NCBI GenBank assembly: GCA_964515905.1
Contig: CAZEWK010000010.1
Span: forward strand, 7,002-71,001
Length of the DNA: 64,000 bases
DNA from: an uncultured Rhodospirillaceae bacterium
Lineage (GTDB): Bacteria; Pseudomonadota; Alphaproteobacteria; UBA7887
Direction: 5' to 3'
In this document: positions 30,876-42,393 of the stretch, piece by piece
Position numbering within the stretch: the first letter of the stretch is position 1
How the letters are laid out: each line of letters starts with the position of its first letter
Made by a program: the position numbers and the translations under genes
Notes under the pieces: generated by a model
The model's input: the letters and a program-made list of their open reading frames with translations, nothing else
Told to the model about the DNA's origin: nothing
Database searches by the model: none

Positions 30876-31541
30876 TTATGCCATCCCTGTGAAACAATCT
30901 CGTAAAAATTTACTGCCGATTTGAAGTCCTTCTTGATCAATACTGTGACCAAGACCGGAACAAATATGCCATTGAGCCGCGACATCTAAAGACGCAAACT
31001 TTTGTGTACTCTCAAGCATTGCACTTGCTGGGATTAATTCATCTGAATCACCGTGCACCATGATAACTGGTGGTTTGGACATCACGCTATTTCTGCTACC
31101 CCCTAGTCCTATCAATCGGCCCGAATAACCTACGACACCGGCCAGCCTATCGTTATGCCGAAGAGCCACATATAAACCCATCATAGTGCCTTGACTAAAC
31201 CCAACCAAAGCTAATCGATCCGGGGGCACTTTGGTTCGTGATAATTGCTCTTCCATGAAATTTGTAAGAATTGGGGCCGTGTCCTGCACACCCGACATCA
31301 TAGCCTCCTCGGTATGTTCGTGAATACTAAACCATTGGCGTCCTTGCGGTGCCATATCGTAAACATAGGGGGCATTAGGAGAGACAAATTCAGTATCCGG
31401 CATTTGTTTCGCCCAATAAGGGGCCAAACTAATGAGATCATTCCCGTCAGCACCAATACCATGCAGGAAAATAACCAAATTTCGCGGCGAACGGCCGCTT
31501 GCGGCAGGATAACTAGGACCTGTTAATGTCGGAATAACCAT
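30876..31541 (-). CDS. phospholipase/carboxylesterase-family alpha/beta hydrolase
   Basis: LVIFLHGIGADGNDL, nucleophile elbow GFSQGTMM, HGDSDELIP, GLGHSI. Confidence 0.82.
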   Translation of the reverse strand: MVIPTLTGPSYPAASGRSPRNLVIFLHGIGADGNDLISLAPYWAKQMPDTEFVSPNAPYVYDMAPQGRQWFSIHEHTEEAMMSGVQDTAPILTNFMEEQLSRTKVPPDRLALVGFSQGTMMGLYVALRHNDRLAGVVGYSGRLIGLGGSRNSVMSKPPVIMVHGDSDELIPASAMLESTQKFASLDVAAQWHICSGLGHSIDQEGLQIGSKFLRDCFTGMA

Positions 31542-31644
31542 TTAGCACATACCAGTATAGGTTTTTGACAATCTAAAATTACGTTATTAATACATCAACA
31601 GAAATTACCAATACTGTTTCTTTACAAACTCGATAATTATCTCT

Positions 31645-32502
31645 ATGCCTCAATTAAATAATATAGTTCCTTTGGTTACACGTTTTGCACCTAGCCCCAC
31701 AGGTTATATGCATTTAGGTCATGCCTACGCGGCAATTTTTGCCTGGCGCGCTGCTCGCGAACAAAATGGCCGGTTCTTGCTACGCATTGAAGATATCGAC
31801 TCAACTCGATGTCGACCTGAATTCGAGGAAGCTATTTTAGAGGATTTACAATGGCTTGGTTTAGATTGGGATGGACAACCACGACGACAATCAGAAAACA
31901 TCACAGACTATAAACGGGCACTCGATAAATTATGGGCATTAAACATCGTATATCCATGTTTTTGTACCCGAAGTGAGATCCTAGCTGAAATCGCCAATGC
32001 AGATGCTGCCCCTCACACAACGGATGAAGTAGCTTATCCCGGAATTTGCAGGATATTAACCGAAAAGGAGAGAAATGCGCGTATAACAAGTGGTGCCCCA
32101 TACGCGTTACGGCTTGATATGAGCAAAGCATATGATTTAACAGGGCCCCTGGTATGGTCCGATCGAAGGCAAGGGAACCAAAACATAGACTGCAGTGCGG
32201 GCGATATCGTCATCGCCCGAAAGGACATTCCAACGAGTTACCATCTAGCAGTATCTTTAGATGATCATCGACAGAGAGTAACACTAGTAACCAGAGGCGA
32301 AGATCTTTTTCAATCCACCCATGTGCATCGAATCCTTCAAGCTTTACTTGGGCTAAATATACCGGAATGGCATCACCATAAACTGATTATGAATGCGGAA
32401 GGCAACCGGCTATCCAAACGGGGGCGGGCTTTAACAATTCGTTCCTTGAAAAGAGCTGGAGAAAGCCCGACCAGTATTCGAGAAATGGTCGGGCTCACGT
32501 GA
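31645..32502 (+). CDS. gluQ: tRNA glutamyl-Q(34) synthetase
   Basis: 285 aa truncated GluRS paralogue. RFAPSPTGYMHLGH (HIGH), Cys cluster CFCTR...YPGIC, RLSKR (KMSKS-like). Confidence 0.88.
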   Translation: MPQLNNIVPLVTRFAPSPTGYMHLGHAYAAIFAWRAAREQNGRFLLRIEDIDSTRCRPEFEEAILEDLQWLGLDWDGQPRRQSENITDYKRALDKLWALNIVYPCFCTRSEILAEIANADAAPHTTDEVAYPGICRILTEKERNARITSGAPYALRLDMSKAYDLTGPLVWSDRRQGNQNIDCSAGDIVIARKDIPTSYHLAVSLDDHRQRVTLVTRGEDLFQSTHVHRILQALLGLNIPEWHHHKLIMNAEGNRLSKRGRALTIRSLKRAGESPTSIREMVGLT

Positions 32503-32657
32503 TAAGTAGTTCGAAAATCAATGAGCGTTCCCATCTAAGGCATGAGCGATACAGTTCAAATATTTTCGAGTGTGATAGCGCTGGACAAACTCATGTTTCT
32601 ATTCAATCGTTGAAATTAGATCTCTTATCCCCAATTTAACAACTGTGAAAAATAACC

Positions 32658-34331
32658 ATGCCGTCATCTAACAATTCAGAAGACAAATTGATCAACACAT
32701 GTGAAAGCGCTCTCGCATCAGCAAATCAGCTTGAGGGTCACATTCGGTCCCTTATAGCTAAGAAAGTTTTCCTAAAAGGGCGCATCGAATCGACAAAAAT
32801 TACTGCCAATCAATTCTCACTGCACGGCTATGCGTGGCTGGCTACCTATGTTGAATCGTTACGTCAACTTCTTAATTGGTCGAAGCGACTGAAAAACGGA
32901 AATAGCTTTGGCGATCTAGAACAATTAATACTGAAAGCGGGATTTGGTGAGTATCTCGCCCAAATCAGAGGTGGAATACCCATGAGCCAGTTAGAAATTG
33001 CTCGGCTCTCTGACTTTGGTGCCAATGAAAAAGTTGAACGAGAGTTTCTAACTTCTGACGTGATGCTGGTAATTCAGGAAGGGAATAGCCCCAAGGTTCG
33101 GCAAGCATTAGCAGAACTCATGATTAACAATAATTTTGGGAACGTCGGGCTACAAGAATCAAGCTTAGAAATGATCCGGGACCAATTTAAGAAATTCTCA
33201 GATGAAAAAATTGCCCCTCATGCTCAAACATGGCACATGAATGACTCCTTGATACCCGATCATCTGATTTCCGACATGTCGGATCTGGGTGTGTTCGGCC
33301 TAACAATCCCGGAAAAGTGGGGTGGGTCCGAATCTGGAAAAACAGCGATGTGCCTGGTAACAGAGGAGTTATGCCGTGGATATTTGGGGGTTGGCTCCCT
33401 CGTCACACGCACTGAGATAGCGGCCGACCTTATCCGCGAACATGGCACAGACTTGCAGAAATTGAGATGGCTGGCACCCTTGGCTGAAGGAAAACTATTG
33501 CCGACCGCTCTCTTCACAGAACCAGATACAGGCTCTGACCTTGCCTCCGTGGGCACGCGTGCCATTCGATCTGGAACCAAATACCAGGTAACTGGTGCCA
33601 AGACCTGGGCCACCCATGCCTCACGAGCTGATCTAATGACTGTACTTGTTAGAACGGAGCAAAACCAAGTCGGGCATAAGGGAGTAAGTATTTTAGTGGC
33701 CCCCAAACCTAGAGGAACGGATGATAACCCCTTCCCCTTAACGGGAATGAGCGGGACCGAAATAAAGGTCATTGGCTATCGGGGGATGAAAGAGTACGAA
33801 ATCGCCTTTGATGGATTCGAAGTTCCAACAGATTGCCTACTGGGCGAGGTTGAAGGACAAGGATTTAAACAGCTAATGAGCGGAATGGAAACTGCCAGGA
33901 TACAAACAGCGGCGCGTGCCATCGGAGTTGCGCAGAATGCTTTGGAACTTGGTCTATCCTATTCCCTAGAACGATATCAGTTTGGACGACCAATTTACGA
34001 TTTCCCCCGAATATCTGCAAAACTAACATCTATGATGGTGGAAATAATGATATGCCGGCAACTAACTTGGTCTGCTGCTCGTGAGAAAGATGCGGGCCGT
34101 AGATGCGATATAGAGGCCGGTATGGCAAAACTTCTGTCAGCCCGTGTTGCTTGGTCAGCCGCAGACAACGCCATGCAAATTCACGGTGGCAACGGGTATG
34201 CGGTAGAATTCCCCATAAGTCGCGTACTGATGGATTCGCGTATTTTAAATGTTTTTGAGGGCACCGGAGAAATACAGGCCCAAATTATCTCCAAAAGATT
34301 ACTGGAAACAAATCAAACACCTGCAGCATAA
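32658..34331 (+). CDS. acyl-CoA dehydrogenase-family protein with ~170-aa N-terminal extension
   Basis: The ACAD core starts about IRDQFKKFSDEKIAP. Contains TEPDTGSDLAS, GAKTWATHA, and a C-terminal helical domain with IHGGNGY..EFP..R...D.RI..VFEGT.EIQ. Confidence 0.85.
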   Translation: MPSSNNSEDKLINTCESALASANQLEGHIRSLIAKKVFLKGRIESTKITANQFSLHGYAWLATYVESLRQLLNWSKRLKNGNSFGDLEQLILKAGFGEYLAQIRGGIPMSQLEIARLSDFGANEKVEREFLTSDVMLVIQEGNSPKVRQALAELMINNNFGNVGLQESSLEMIRDQFKKFSDEKIAPHAQTWHMNDSLIPDHLISDMSDLGVFGLTIPEKWGGSESGKTAMCLVTEELCRGYLGVGSLVTRTEIAADLIREHGTDLQKLRWLAPLAEGKLLPTALFTEPDTGSDLASVGTRAIRSGTKYQVTGAKTWATHASRADLMTVLVRTEQNQVGHKGVSILVAPKPRGTDDNPFPLTGMSGTEIKVIGYRGMKEYEIAFDGFEVPTDCLLGEVEGQGFKQLMSGMETARIQTAARAIGVAQNALELGLSYSLERYQFGRPIYDFPRISAKLTSMMVEIMICRQLTWSAAREKDAGRRCDIEAGMAKLLSARVAWSAADNAMQIHGGNGYAVEFPISRVLMDSRILNVFEGTGEIQAQIISKRLLETNQTPAA

Positions 34332-34359
34332 CTGCGCGCTGCATCTTCTATTTATGTTT
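34322..34359 (+). terminator. weak candidate intrinsic terminator after the acyl-CoA dehydrogenase gene
   Basis: 6-bp stem TGCAGC/GCTGCA (34322-34327 / 34338-34343) with a 10-nt loop, followed by the T-rich tail TCTTCTATTTATGTTT. It overlaps the stop codon. Confidence 0.3.
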
Positions 34360-34392
34360 AAATCTCTTTTATGCGATTGAGGCCACTGACCT

Positions 34393-34596
34393 ATGGAAGC
34401 TTTTGAAGCCGTTTTCCCAATGTTGATTGTCATAGCACTGTTGACCGTCCTGATTGTACTAGCTATTGGCATCATTGGCATGTTGAAAGGTGGCCAATTC
34501 AATCAGCGGTACGGCAATAAACTGATGCGTCTGCGCGTTATATGCCAGGGGATCGCAATAATCTTAATAATCTTATTCGTGATATTATTTCGATGA
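34393..34596 (+). CDS. HIG1-domain 'twin transmembrane helix' small protein
   Basis: 67 aa with two TM helices joined by GMLKGGQFNQRYGNKLMRLRV, which matches the HIG_1_N pattern (G......sn.lMr.RV.Q). Confidence 0.7.
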   Translation: MEAFEAVFPMLIVIALLTVLIVLAIGIIGMLKGGQFNQRYGNKLMRLRVICQGIAIILIILFVILFR

Positions 34597-34740
34597 CAGC
34601 AGGTGTTCTGTTCCATGTCTATTCCAGACAAACCCATAACGTTGACACAAACCATTCTATGTGTCAGTGCAATGTTTTTTTATCATAGGCAACGGTGGAT
34701 AGTAGCCCAGTTTTTGTCTTTTTGTGCAAGAGGTCTTTCA

Positions 34741-35490
34741 ATGAAAGTGGTGGTCGCAGTTAAGCGTGTCATTGATTACAACGTAAAGATACGGGTTAAA
34801 TCGGATCAGTCGGGTGTGGAAACCGATAATGTAAAAATGTCTATGAATCCGTTTGATGAAATTGCAGTGGAAGAAGCAGTCCGGTTGAAAGAAGCCGGAA
34901 CAATTAATGAGATCATCGCAGTTTCTATTGGGCCACTACAATGCCAAGAAACATTGAGGACTGCTTTTGCAATGGGAGCGGATCGTGGAATTCATATTCT
35001 TACAGAGTCTCCAGTCGAACCATTAGCTGTATCAAAGTTGTTAAAAAAAGTTACGGAAGAAGAAAAAGCCCGCTTGGTAATATTAGGGAAACAAGCGATT
35101 GATGATGACAGCAACCAATGTGCACAGATGTTAGCGGGATTGCTCGGATGGGGGCAAGGGACATTTGCATCAGAATTGAAGCTGCTCGAAAACAAAATTG
35201 AGGTTACACGCGAAGTGGATGGGGGTTTAGAAACATTATGGCTGAATATCCCTGCGGTAATCTCTACGGATCTTCGTTTGAATGAGCCCCGATATGCCTC
35301 TCTACCAAATATAATGAAGGCAAAGAAAAAACAAATCGATCAGAAGACGCCTGCGGATTACGAGATCAATACAACTGCCCGCATTCAGACCCTTAAGGTC
35401 GAAGAGCCTCCGACCCGTGAATCTGGTGTTAAAGTGGCTGATGTCCAGGAACTAGTGGCAAAACTACGCGATGAATCAGGGGTGATATAA
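34741..35490 (+). CDS. etfB: electron transfer flavoprotein beta subunit
   Basis: The homologous N-terminus [19 protein letters not shown] starts at 34741. Contains [12 protein letters not shown] and [12 protein letters not shown]. The ORF-track start at 34603 adds a non-homologous leader. Confidence 0.92.
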   Translation: MKVVVAVKRVIDYNVKIRVKSDQSGVETDNVKMSMNPFDEIAVEEAVRLKEAGTINEIIAVSIGPLQCQETLRTAFAMGADRGIHILTESPVEPLAVSKLLKKVTEEEKARLVILGKQAIDDDSNQCAQMLAGLLGWGQGTFASELKLLENKIEVTREVDGGLETLWLNIPAVISTDLRLNEPRYASLPNIMKAKKKQIDQKTPADYEINTTARIQTLKVEEPPTRESGVKVADVQELVAKLRDESGVI

Positions 35491-36422
35491 TGACTAGCTT
35501 AGTGATCGCCGAACACGACAATACTGAATTAAAACCATCGACTTTAAACACTGTATCTGCTGCCGCCAGTTTGGACGGACCAATCCACATATTAGTCGCC
35601 GGGGAAAATTGCGGATCCGTAACAGAGACCGCCGCTAAAATTTCGGGAGTAGAAGCAATAATCCACGCTGATGGTTCGGAATATAAGCACCAGTTGGCAG
35701 AAAATATGGCGCCAATAATTGTAGAGCTGGCGGAAAGTTATAGTCATATCTTAGCGCCCTCAACGACCTTTGGGAAGAATATCATCCCCAGAGCGGCTGC
35801 CTTATTAGATGTCCAACAAATCTCTGACATCATTGCCGTCGAGTCCGATGACACATTTGTTCGACCAGTATACGCGGGCAATGCCATAGCTACGGTAAGA
35901 TCTTTGGACGAATGTAAATTGATAACTGTTAGAACAACGGCATTTAAAGCCGCCGAACTAGACGGTGCCGCCGAACAAAAAGATATATCGGGAAAAGGCG
36001 ACGCTAATATATCCGGCTTCATAAGACGTGAATTATCTAAATCAGATCGCCCTGAACTGACCGCGGCAAAAATTATCGTTTCCGGTGGACGTGGCATGCA
36101 AAATGGAGAGAATTTTGCACTACTGGAACAACTTGCAGACAGGCTAGGAGCAGCAGTTGGAGCTTCCCGCGCCGCCGTTGACGCCGGTTACGTGCCGAAT
36201 GACTATCAAGTAGGCCAAACAGGGAAAATAGTTGCGCCGGAATTATACATCGCTGTAGGCATTTCTGGCGCCATCCAACACCTAGCAGGAATGAAGGATA
36301 GCAAGGTAATTGTCGCAATCAATAAAGATGAAGACGCCCCTATTTTTCAAATTGCCGACTTTGGTTTAGTGGCAGACTTATTTAAAGCGGTGCCTGAACT
36401 TACATCGGCGCTTGACAAGTAA
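35490..36422 (+). CDS. etfA: electron transfer flavoprotein alpha subunit
   Basis: FAD-binding C-terminal domain (VSGGRGM; [44 protein letters not shown]). TAATG overlap with etfB. Confidence 0.93.
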   Translation: MTSLVIAEHDNTELKPSTLNTVSAAASLDGPIHILVAGENCGSVTETAAKISGVEAIIHADGSEYKHQLAENMAPIIVELAESYSHILAPSTTFGKNIIPRAAALLDVQQISDIIAVESDDTFVRPVYAGNAIATVRSLDECKLITVRTTAFKAAELDGAAEQKDISGKGDANISGFIRRELSKSDRPELTAAKIIVSGGRGMQNGENFALLEQLADRLGAAVGASRAAVDAGYVPNDYQVGQTGKIVAPELYIAVGISGAIQHLAGMKDSKVIVAINKDEDAPIFQIADFGLVADLFKAVPELTSALDK

Positions 36423-36437
36423 GATACCGATGTTTTT

Positions 36438-39110
36438 CTAGAAAAATGCCGGTTTTTTAATATTTTGATCTACGTCGTAATTTAATATAGATGCCAACCA
36501 ACGCTCAATCTCCGCAGATTTTTTACCTTTGCGTTTTGAATAATCGTCAACTTGGTCTCTCTCAATTTTTCCAATACCAAAGTAGTAGCTTTCTGGATGA
36601 CTAAAGTATATTCCACACACCGAAGCGGCCGGCCACATCGCAAAATTATCTGTGAGCTTAACACCGGTATTCTCCTCAGCATTTAGGAGAGAAAATAGAG
36701 TCTCCTTTTCCGTATGGTCTGGACAAGCAGGGTAGCCAGGAGCTGGGCGGATACCTTGATACTGCTCTTTTATCATAGATTCATTGTCGAGTGCTTCGTT
36801 CGGATCATAGCCCCAGAACTGTTTACGCACCCGTTCATGCATGTGCTCTGCAAATGCTTCAGCGAGTCGATCAGCTAGCGCCTTCACCATGATGGCACTA
36901 TAATCATCATTTTCCGCCTCAAATCTTGCCGCGACTTCATCACATCCATGCCCCGTCGTAACCACAAACCCGCCTATATAATCCGAAAGACCACTATCCA
37001 AGGGCGCAATGAAATCAGCCAACGCATGATTAGCCCTCCTTGAATCCCTAGCCATTTGCTGTCTAAGCATATGCAACCTTGATATCTCGGTGGTTCGGTC
37101 AATATCCTGAAAAATGGCTATATCTTCTTCCTCAACCATATTTGCAGGCCACAAACCGATGACAGCTTTAGCTTCAAGCCAGTTTTCGGTTATCATTCGG
37201 GCCAGCATGATCTTGGCGTCTCTATACAAGTCTCGAGCGGCAGGGCCCACCACCTCATCATCTAGAATTTTAGGGAATTTTCCTACCAATTCCCACGATT
37301 GAAAGAATGGGCTCCAATCAATGTATCTTTCAACAATTGACAGATCGTAATTTTGGAAGACCTGAGTACCTAGACGGTTGGGCGTTGGTGGAATATAGTT
37401 TGGCCAATCAACTTTGAATTTGTTGATGCGTGCTTTTTCTAAAGTTTGTTTGACGCTATGTCTCATGCTTGTTGCATGCTGCTCACGAATTCGCCCATAT
37501 TCGCTAGAAATTGTATCCACAAAGTCGTCCCGCTTCTCCTTTGACAACAAATTATTAACCACACCTACCGCTTTGGAGGCATCATTCACATGAATTGTTG
37601 GTCCTTCGTAATTTTCCATAATTTTAACAGCTGTGTGTACACGACTAGTCGTTGCACCTCCAATCAACAATGGAATACGTAGTCCTGCTCGTGTCATCTC
37701 TCTAGCTACAACACGCATTTCTTCAAGGCTTGGTGTTATAAGTCCAGATAAACCAATTATGTCTGCAGACTCTTTTTTTGCCGTCTCAATGATATCTAAA
37801 AATGGAACCATTACTCCAAGGTCTATCACCTTGTAGTTATTGCATTGAAGAACAACGCTCACGATATTTTTTCCAATGTCGTGCACATCACCCTTTACGG
37901 TTGCCATAACAATTTTTGCTGCATTACCTGTTTCTGAAAGCCCCATATTTTTTTCTTCTTCCATAAACGGAATTAAATGCGCCACAGCCTGTTTCATGAC
38001 TCTTGCGCTTTTCACGACTTGGGGTAGAAACATTTTCCCGGCACCAAAAAGATCCCCGACTTCGCTCATTCCGTCCATCAACGGTCCTTCAATCACTAAT
38101 AACGGCCGCGTCGCTGCGAGTCGCGCCTCCTCGGTGTCCGAGACAATAAAATCACTAATACCGTGAACCAAGGAATACCGGATACGTTGTGAAACGTCCC
38201 CTACTCGCCACGATTGGTCGTTCTCTGCAATTCTTACATTTGTACCCTTATGTTCTGCAGCAATATCCAAAAGCTTTTCAGTAGCATTGCTCTTTCTATT
38301 GAAAAGAACATCCTCTATACGGTTTTTTAGTTCGTTTGGAATGTCTTCATAGATAGGGAGTTGCCCAGCATTTACTATGCCCATATCCATCCCAGCCTGT
38401 ATTGCATGATAAAGAAATACTGAATGCATGGCAGAACGAACCCTGTCATTGCCTCGAAACGAAAAGGAAATATTCGAAACGCCACCGGAAACATAAGAAT
38501 ATGTCAGTTCTTCTTTAATTCTCCTAGTGGCCTCTATGAACGCAATAGCGTACTCGTTGTGTTCTTCGATCCCAGTAGCTACCGCAAAAATATTAGGATC
38601 GAAAATAATATCTTCAGGAGGAAAATTAGCTTTAGACGTCAACAATTCGTAACTCCTGGAGCAAATATCTACTTTGCGTTGAACTGTTTCAGCTTGACCG
38701 TCCTCGTCAAAAGCCATCACTACGACGGCGGCCCCGTATCTTCGCACGAGCCTACCTTGCCTTAAAAAGTTATCCTCTCCCTCCTTGAGGCTGATGGAGT
38801 TAGCTATGCTTTTTCCTTGAACATTTTGAAGTCCCGCTTCTATGACCGACCACTTCGAAGAATCTATCATCAATGGGACACGGCTAATATCAGGCTCTGC
38901 TGTTATGAGACGAACGAATCGCACCATAGCCGCCTCACTATCCAGCATGCCGTCATCCATATTGATATCTAAAATTTGTGCTCCGCTTGTCGCCTGTTGG
39001 CGGGCAATCTGAAGGGCGCTGTCAAAATCATCCTGAATTATTAGGTTCCGAAACTTAGCCGAACCAGATACATTTGTTCTTTCTCCAATATTTATAAATC
39101 TGGGTATCAC
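36438..39110 (-). CDS. metH: methionine synthase, pterin-binding + B12-binding + AdoMet-activation domains (C-terminal 890-aa part of a split MetH)
   Basis: Starts [16 protein letters not shown] (pterin-binding domain start). B12 motif [12 protein letters not shown]-terminal reactivation domain ([12 protein letters not shown]). The GTG start overlaps the upstream stop as GTGA. Confidence 0.9.
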   Translation of the reverse strand: MIPRFINIGERTNVSGSAKFRNLIIQDDFDSALQIARQQATSGAQILDINMDDGMLDSEAAMVRFVRLITAEPDISRVPLMIDSSKWSVIEAGLQNVQGKSIANSISLKEGEDNFLRQGRLVRRYGAAVVVMAFDEDGQAETVQRKVDICSRSYELLTSKANFPPEDIIFDPNIFAVATGIEEHNEYAIAFIEATRRIKEELTYSYVSGGVSNISFSFRGNDRVRSAMHSVFLYHAIQAGMDMGIVNAGQLPIYEDIPNELKNRIEDVLFNRKSNATEKLLDIAAEHKGTNVRIAENDQSWRVGDVSQRIRYSLVHGISDFIVSDTEEARLAATRPLLVIEGPLMDGMSEVGDLFGAGKMFLPQVVKSARVMKQAVAHLIPFMEEEKNMGLSETGNAAKIVMATVKGDVHDIGKNIVSVVLQCNNYKVIDLGVMVPFLDIIETAKKESADIIGLSGLITPSLEEMRVVAREMTRAGLRIPLLIGGATTSRVHTAVKIMENYEGPTIHVNDASKAVGVVNNLLSKEKRDDFVDTISSEYGRIREQHATSMRHSVKQTLEKARINKFKVDWPNYIPPTPNRLGTQVFQNYDLSIVERYIDWSPFFQSWELVGKFPKILDDEVVGPAARDLYRDAKIMLARMITENWLEAKAVIGLWPANMVEEEDIAIFQDIDRTTEISRLHMLRQQMARDSRRANHALADFIAPLDSGLSDYIGGFVVTTGHGCDEVAARFEAENDDYSAIMVKALADRLAEAFAEHMHERVRKQFWGYDPNEALDNESMIKEQYQGIRPAPGYPACPDHTEKETLFSLLNAEENTGVKLTDNFAMWPAASVCGIYFSHPESYYFGIGKIERDQVDDYSKRKGKKSAEIERWLASILNYDVDQNIKKPAFF

Positions 39111-40162
39111 GATAATGCCCCGACTGTTTCCAAACCGGAAAGACGTAGGCTCTTTCTAATTGCTGGTGCTTTTCGCGGAGAGTGCGCAGCAACTGTATCG
39201 GCGATTAGACGAATGTGGTCTGGAGTGGTGCCACAGCAGCCTCCAACAAAGTTTACTAGACCCTCTTCGGCCCAAGCCTCAATGTGCCTCGCTGTTTCAC
39301 TTGGCATCTCCTCATATTCGCCAAACTCATTGGGAAGTCCTGCGTTTGGATATGCACTGATCATGCAATCCGCAACAGATGCAAGCTCCCCGACATAAGG
39401 TCTTAGTTCTTCGGCCCCAAAGGAACAGTTTAACCCAATACTAATTGGACAACCGTGTCGAACCGAATTCCAAAATGCTTCAATTGTCTGTCCTGTTAAG
39501 GTTCTACCCGAACGATCTGTAATGGTCCCAGAGATCATAACCGGCAACCTTAAGCGGTTTTCTTCAAATAACTCTTCAAATGCAAATAACGCAGCTTTTG
39601 CATTCAAGGTGTCAAACACAGTTTCTAGGAGCAATATGTCGACACCGCCTTCTATGAGTCCAGCTGCTGCTTCCCTGTAGCAGTTTCGTACTTCATCAAA
39701 AGTAACTGCACGATAGCTTGGGTCTGAAACATCGGGCGAAATCGAAGCTGTCCGATTTGTCGGCCCAATAGCACCAGCAACGAAACGTGGTTTTTCGGGG
39801 GTGCTGACTTCGTCAACTGCCTCACGGGCTAATTGTGCCCCATGAATATTTAATTCTTTCACTATCCGCTCAAGTTTGTAGTCAGACATCGAAATAGAAT
39901 TCGAGTTGAACGTATTAGTAGTGACAATGTCAGCTCCTGCATCTAAATATAAGGAGTGTATTTCTTTAATGACTCTACTCTGGGTAATATTCAAAAGGTC
40001 ATTTGCGCCCTTCAAATCACTCGAATAGTTAGCAAATCGTTTTCCACGATAATCGGCATCACCTAGCTGGTACTGTTGAATCATAGTTCCCATTGCGCCA
40101 TCAAGAACAAGAATTCGTTCCAGCGATACCTCCCTAAGCCTTATTTCAGCTTGGCTAGTCAT
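39107..40162 (-). CDS. metH: methionine synthase homocysteine-binding (S-methyltransferase) domain, stand-alone 351-aa ORF
   Basis: [13 protein letters not shown], zinc ligands in GLNCSFG and [11 protein letters not shown], ends ...[13 protein letters not shown] just where full-length MetH continues into the pterin domain. Confidence 0.88.
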   Translation of the reverse strand: MTSQAEIRLREVSLERILVLDGAMGTMIQQYQLGDADYRGKRFANYSSDLKGANDLLNITQSRVIKEIHSLYLDAGADIVTTNTFNSNSISMSDYKLERIVKELNIHGAQLAREAVDEVSTPEKPRFVAGAIGPTNRTASISPDVSDPSYRAVTFDEVRNCYREAAAGLIEGGVDILLLETVFDTLNAKAALFAFEELFEENRLRLPVMISGTITDRSGRTLTGQTIEAFWNSVRHGCPISIGLNCSFGAEELRPYVGELASVADCMISAYPNAGLPNEFGEYEEMPSETARHIEAWAEEGLVNFVGGCCGTTPDHIRLIADTVAAHSPRKAPAIRKSLRLSGLETVGALS

Positions 40163-41070
40163 GATTGTTTGACCTGATTATGGTCGTTTGCTGTCGGACG
40201 AACACCCAACATATGGCAAATGGCAAACACAAGGTCCGCTCGATTCAATGTGTAGAAATGAAGCTCTTTAATGCCCGAACGCAAAAGTTCAAAACACTGG
40301 TCCGCTGCTGTGTGTGCAGCTACTAGTTGACGGGTTTTTGGATCGCCATCAAGACCCTCAAATCGATGCCTGAACCAACCGGGTATGGATGCTCCACACA
40401 TGGCACTAAATTTTTCTACCTGCCTAAAATTGGTAACCGGAAGAATACCGGGAACAATGGGTATGTCTATCCCTGACCCTCGAACCTTATCCAAAAATTG
40501 AAAGAATACTTCATTATCAAAGAAGTACTGTGTAATTAATCGTGTAGCGCCTGCATCTACTTTACGTTTCAGATAATCTAAATCACTAGAGAACCCGCGA
40601 GAATCTGGATGTGGCTCCGGGTAAGCACTAACACTAATCTCAAAATCTGCAATTTTTCTTAAACCAATAACCAGCTCTACAGCGCTCTTATAGCCTTCCG
40701 GATGGGGAACAAATTTAGCTTCACCGCCAACCGGGTCACCTCGCAAGGCAACTATATGTTGAACTCCTGCCTCGTCATAATCACGAATTACACGGTTTAT
40801 TTCAGAAATACTTGAGCCCACACAAGTCAGATGTGCTGCCGGACTAAGTTGTGTCTCCTTTTGTAACTGGCTCACTATAGCATGGGTTCTTGTGCGAGTA
40901 CTGCCCCCCGCACCATAGGTGACGGACACAAACTTAGGCCGCAACGGCTCTAGACGGCGAATCGCTACCCATAGGTCCTTAAGCATGCTTTCTGTCTTTG
41001 GGGGGAAAAATTCGAATGAAACAGCTGGAGGAATCAATTCAGAATCCGTATCTTTTAGAGAAGAGGTCAT
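40159..41070 (-). CDS. metF: methylenetetrahydrofolate reductase
   Basis: [47 protein letters not shown] overlaps at both ends. Confidence 0.93.
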   Translation of the reverse strand: MTSSLKDTDSELIPPAVSFEFFPPKTESMLKDLWVAIRRLEPLRPKFVSVTYGAGGSTRTRTHAIVSQLQKETQLSPAAHLTCVGSSISEINRVIRDYDEAGVQHIVALRGDPVGGEAKFVPHPEGYKSAVELVIGLRKIADFEISVSAYPEPHPDSRGFSSDLDYLKRKVDAGATRLITQYFFDNEVFFQFLDKVRGSGIDIPIVPGILPVTNFRQVEKFSAMCGASIPGWFRHRFEGLDGDPKTRQLVAAHTAADQCFELLRSGIKELHFYTLNRADLVFAICHMLGVRPTANDHNQVKQS

Positions 41071-42044
41071 ATTGAAATCCTATTGCGTGAAGCTAATTCT
41101 TCTATCGCAAAAGAATCTGTCGGGTGCTGCCCCACCCACAAAACGACAGTTAAGTCATCTCCAACCAGGCGAGAAACATTCTTACACTCAAGGCCGGCCC
41201 CTTTAAACCAGTCAACCATTTCAAAATCTGTAAAACCCAAACGCCTATGAGCGTGTTGTGCTCGCAGAAAATCGAGGTCGTGACGATCAAAATCTACTAC
41301 TGCTATTCTGCCACCTGGACGAAGTACCCTACTTGCTTCTAGTAGAACGTCGCACGGCTCATCCGAATAATGTAAAACCATATGAATTGAAACAGCGTCA
41401 AAGGACCCAGCGGCAAAAGGCATCTTATACATGTCGCCATGTTGCACCTGACAGTTGCGTGCTCCCGGATGCTCTAAGTTGACCCGCGCCACCGCAAGCA
41501 TAGCGTGTGAGAGATCTATACCGATGCCACGGCTAATCTGGCCGGACATGAGTTCCAAAATTCTCCCGGTGCCCGTACCAATATCGAGGAAATCCTCCAC
41601 ATTCATACTCGAAAACACAGTTTTTAATGCAGCTTCAACCTCTTGCTCCGGCACATAAAGTTTGCGTAGCTCATCCCAATTGGGGGCATATGCTGCGAAT
41701 AAACGTTCTGCTTTCAACTGGCGGGCGCGCTTAACCTTATTGAGCCGTTCTTTATCTAGAAGGAGTGTTTTGTCGTGCCCAGGAAGCCGAGTCAGTAGGA
41801 TCTGCGCTAACTCTCCACCGGGTCCTTCTGTTCCCATACGATAGAATGCCCAGGTCCCCTCTTGTCGCCGTTGAAGCATCCCCGTATCACACAATTGTCT
41901 AAGATGGTGGGATACGCGAGGTTGGCTCTGCCCTAATATCTCGGTCAACTCGGTCACCGTTAGTTCACTATCATAACACAAGGAAAGCAAACGAAGGCGA
42001 GTTGGTTCGGCGGCCGCTCTAAGTGCTTGTAATATTTCTTGCAA
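41067..42044 (-). CDS. ArsR/SmtB-family wHTH fused to a class I SAM-dependent methyltransferase domain
   Basis: N-terminal LRAAAEPTRLRLLSLC....LTVTELTEILGQSQPRVSHHLRQL. C-terminal methyltransferase motif I (FLDIGTGTGR). TTG start, ATGA overlap with metF. Confidence 0.85.
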   Translation of the reverse strand: MQEILQALRAAAEPTRLRLLSLCYDSELTVTELTEILGQSQPRVSHHLRQLCDTGMLQRRQEGTWAFYRMGTEGPGGELAQILLTRLPGHDKTLLLDKERLNKVKRARQLKAERLFAAYAPNWDELRKLYVPEQEVEAALKTVFSSMNVEDFLDIGTGTGRILELMSGQISRGIGIDLSHAMLAVARVNLEHPGARNCQVQHGDMYKMPFAAGSFDAVSIHMVLHYSDEPCDVLLEASRVLRPGGRIAVVDFDRHDLDFLRAQHAHRRLGFTDFEMVDWFKGAGLECKNVSRLVGDDLTVVLWVGQHPTDSFAIEELASRNRISI

Positions 42045-42165
42045 TTTGGAGATCCAGTGTCTAATAGTTCATAATATAGATATATAAATATATTTTTATA
42101 CTATTATTAATAACATAAAAAGGTCTCATTTGTGAACTAATAAACACTCCATATTATTGGTGTAC

Positions 42166-42236
42166 AAGAAGCTGGCGGGAGCTTCTTAATGCAGGGATAA
42201 GCTATTGCAAAACGGCGTGCGACCGTTAGTATTTTT
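42166..42236. other. pair of hairpins in a long intergenic region (candidate leader RNA or sRNA structure)
   Basis: Hairpin 1 is AAGAAGCT-GGCGGG-AGCTTCTT (42166-42187). Hairpin 2 is AACGG-CGTGCGA-CCGTT (42211-42227), followed on the + strand by AGTATTTTT. Confidence 0.35.
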
Positions 42237-42393
42237 AAAAACAGTGGTAGACCAAAATTTAGCTACCCATACTTAGCACTGAGATATATTTACAACACTT
42301 GTACCATGATAATATTGACCCTTACTTCTGATACTGGTTTTTCGTAGAGTCTTGTGGTACCGAATTTATGACTTAAGAGCGCAATTGGGCGCG

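Noticed and set aside
33260-33772. 170-aa minus-strand ORF
   Set aside because: It is antisense shadow of the acyl-CoA dehydrogenase gene and has no motifs. The same reasoning applies to 25483-25935 (antisense to gltD), 30446-30847 (antisense to the CoA-transferase) and 6545-6988.
34603-34740. 46-residue leader on etfB ([11 protein letters not shown]...)
   Set aside because: EtfB homology starts at [10 protein letters not shown] (34741). The leader has no ETF similarity and is probably untranslated spacer.
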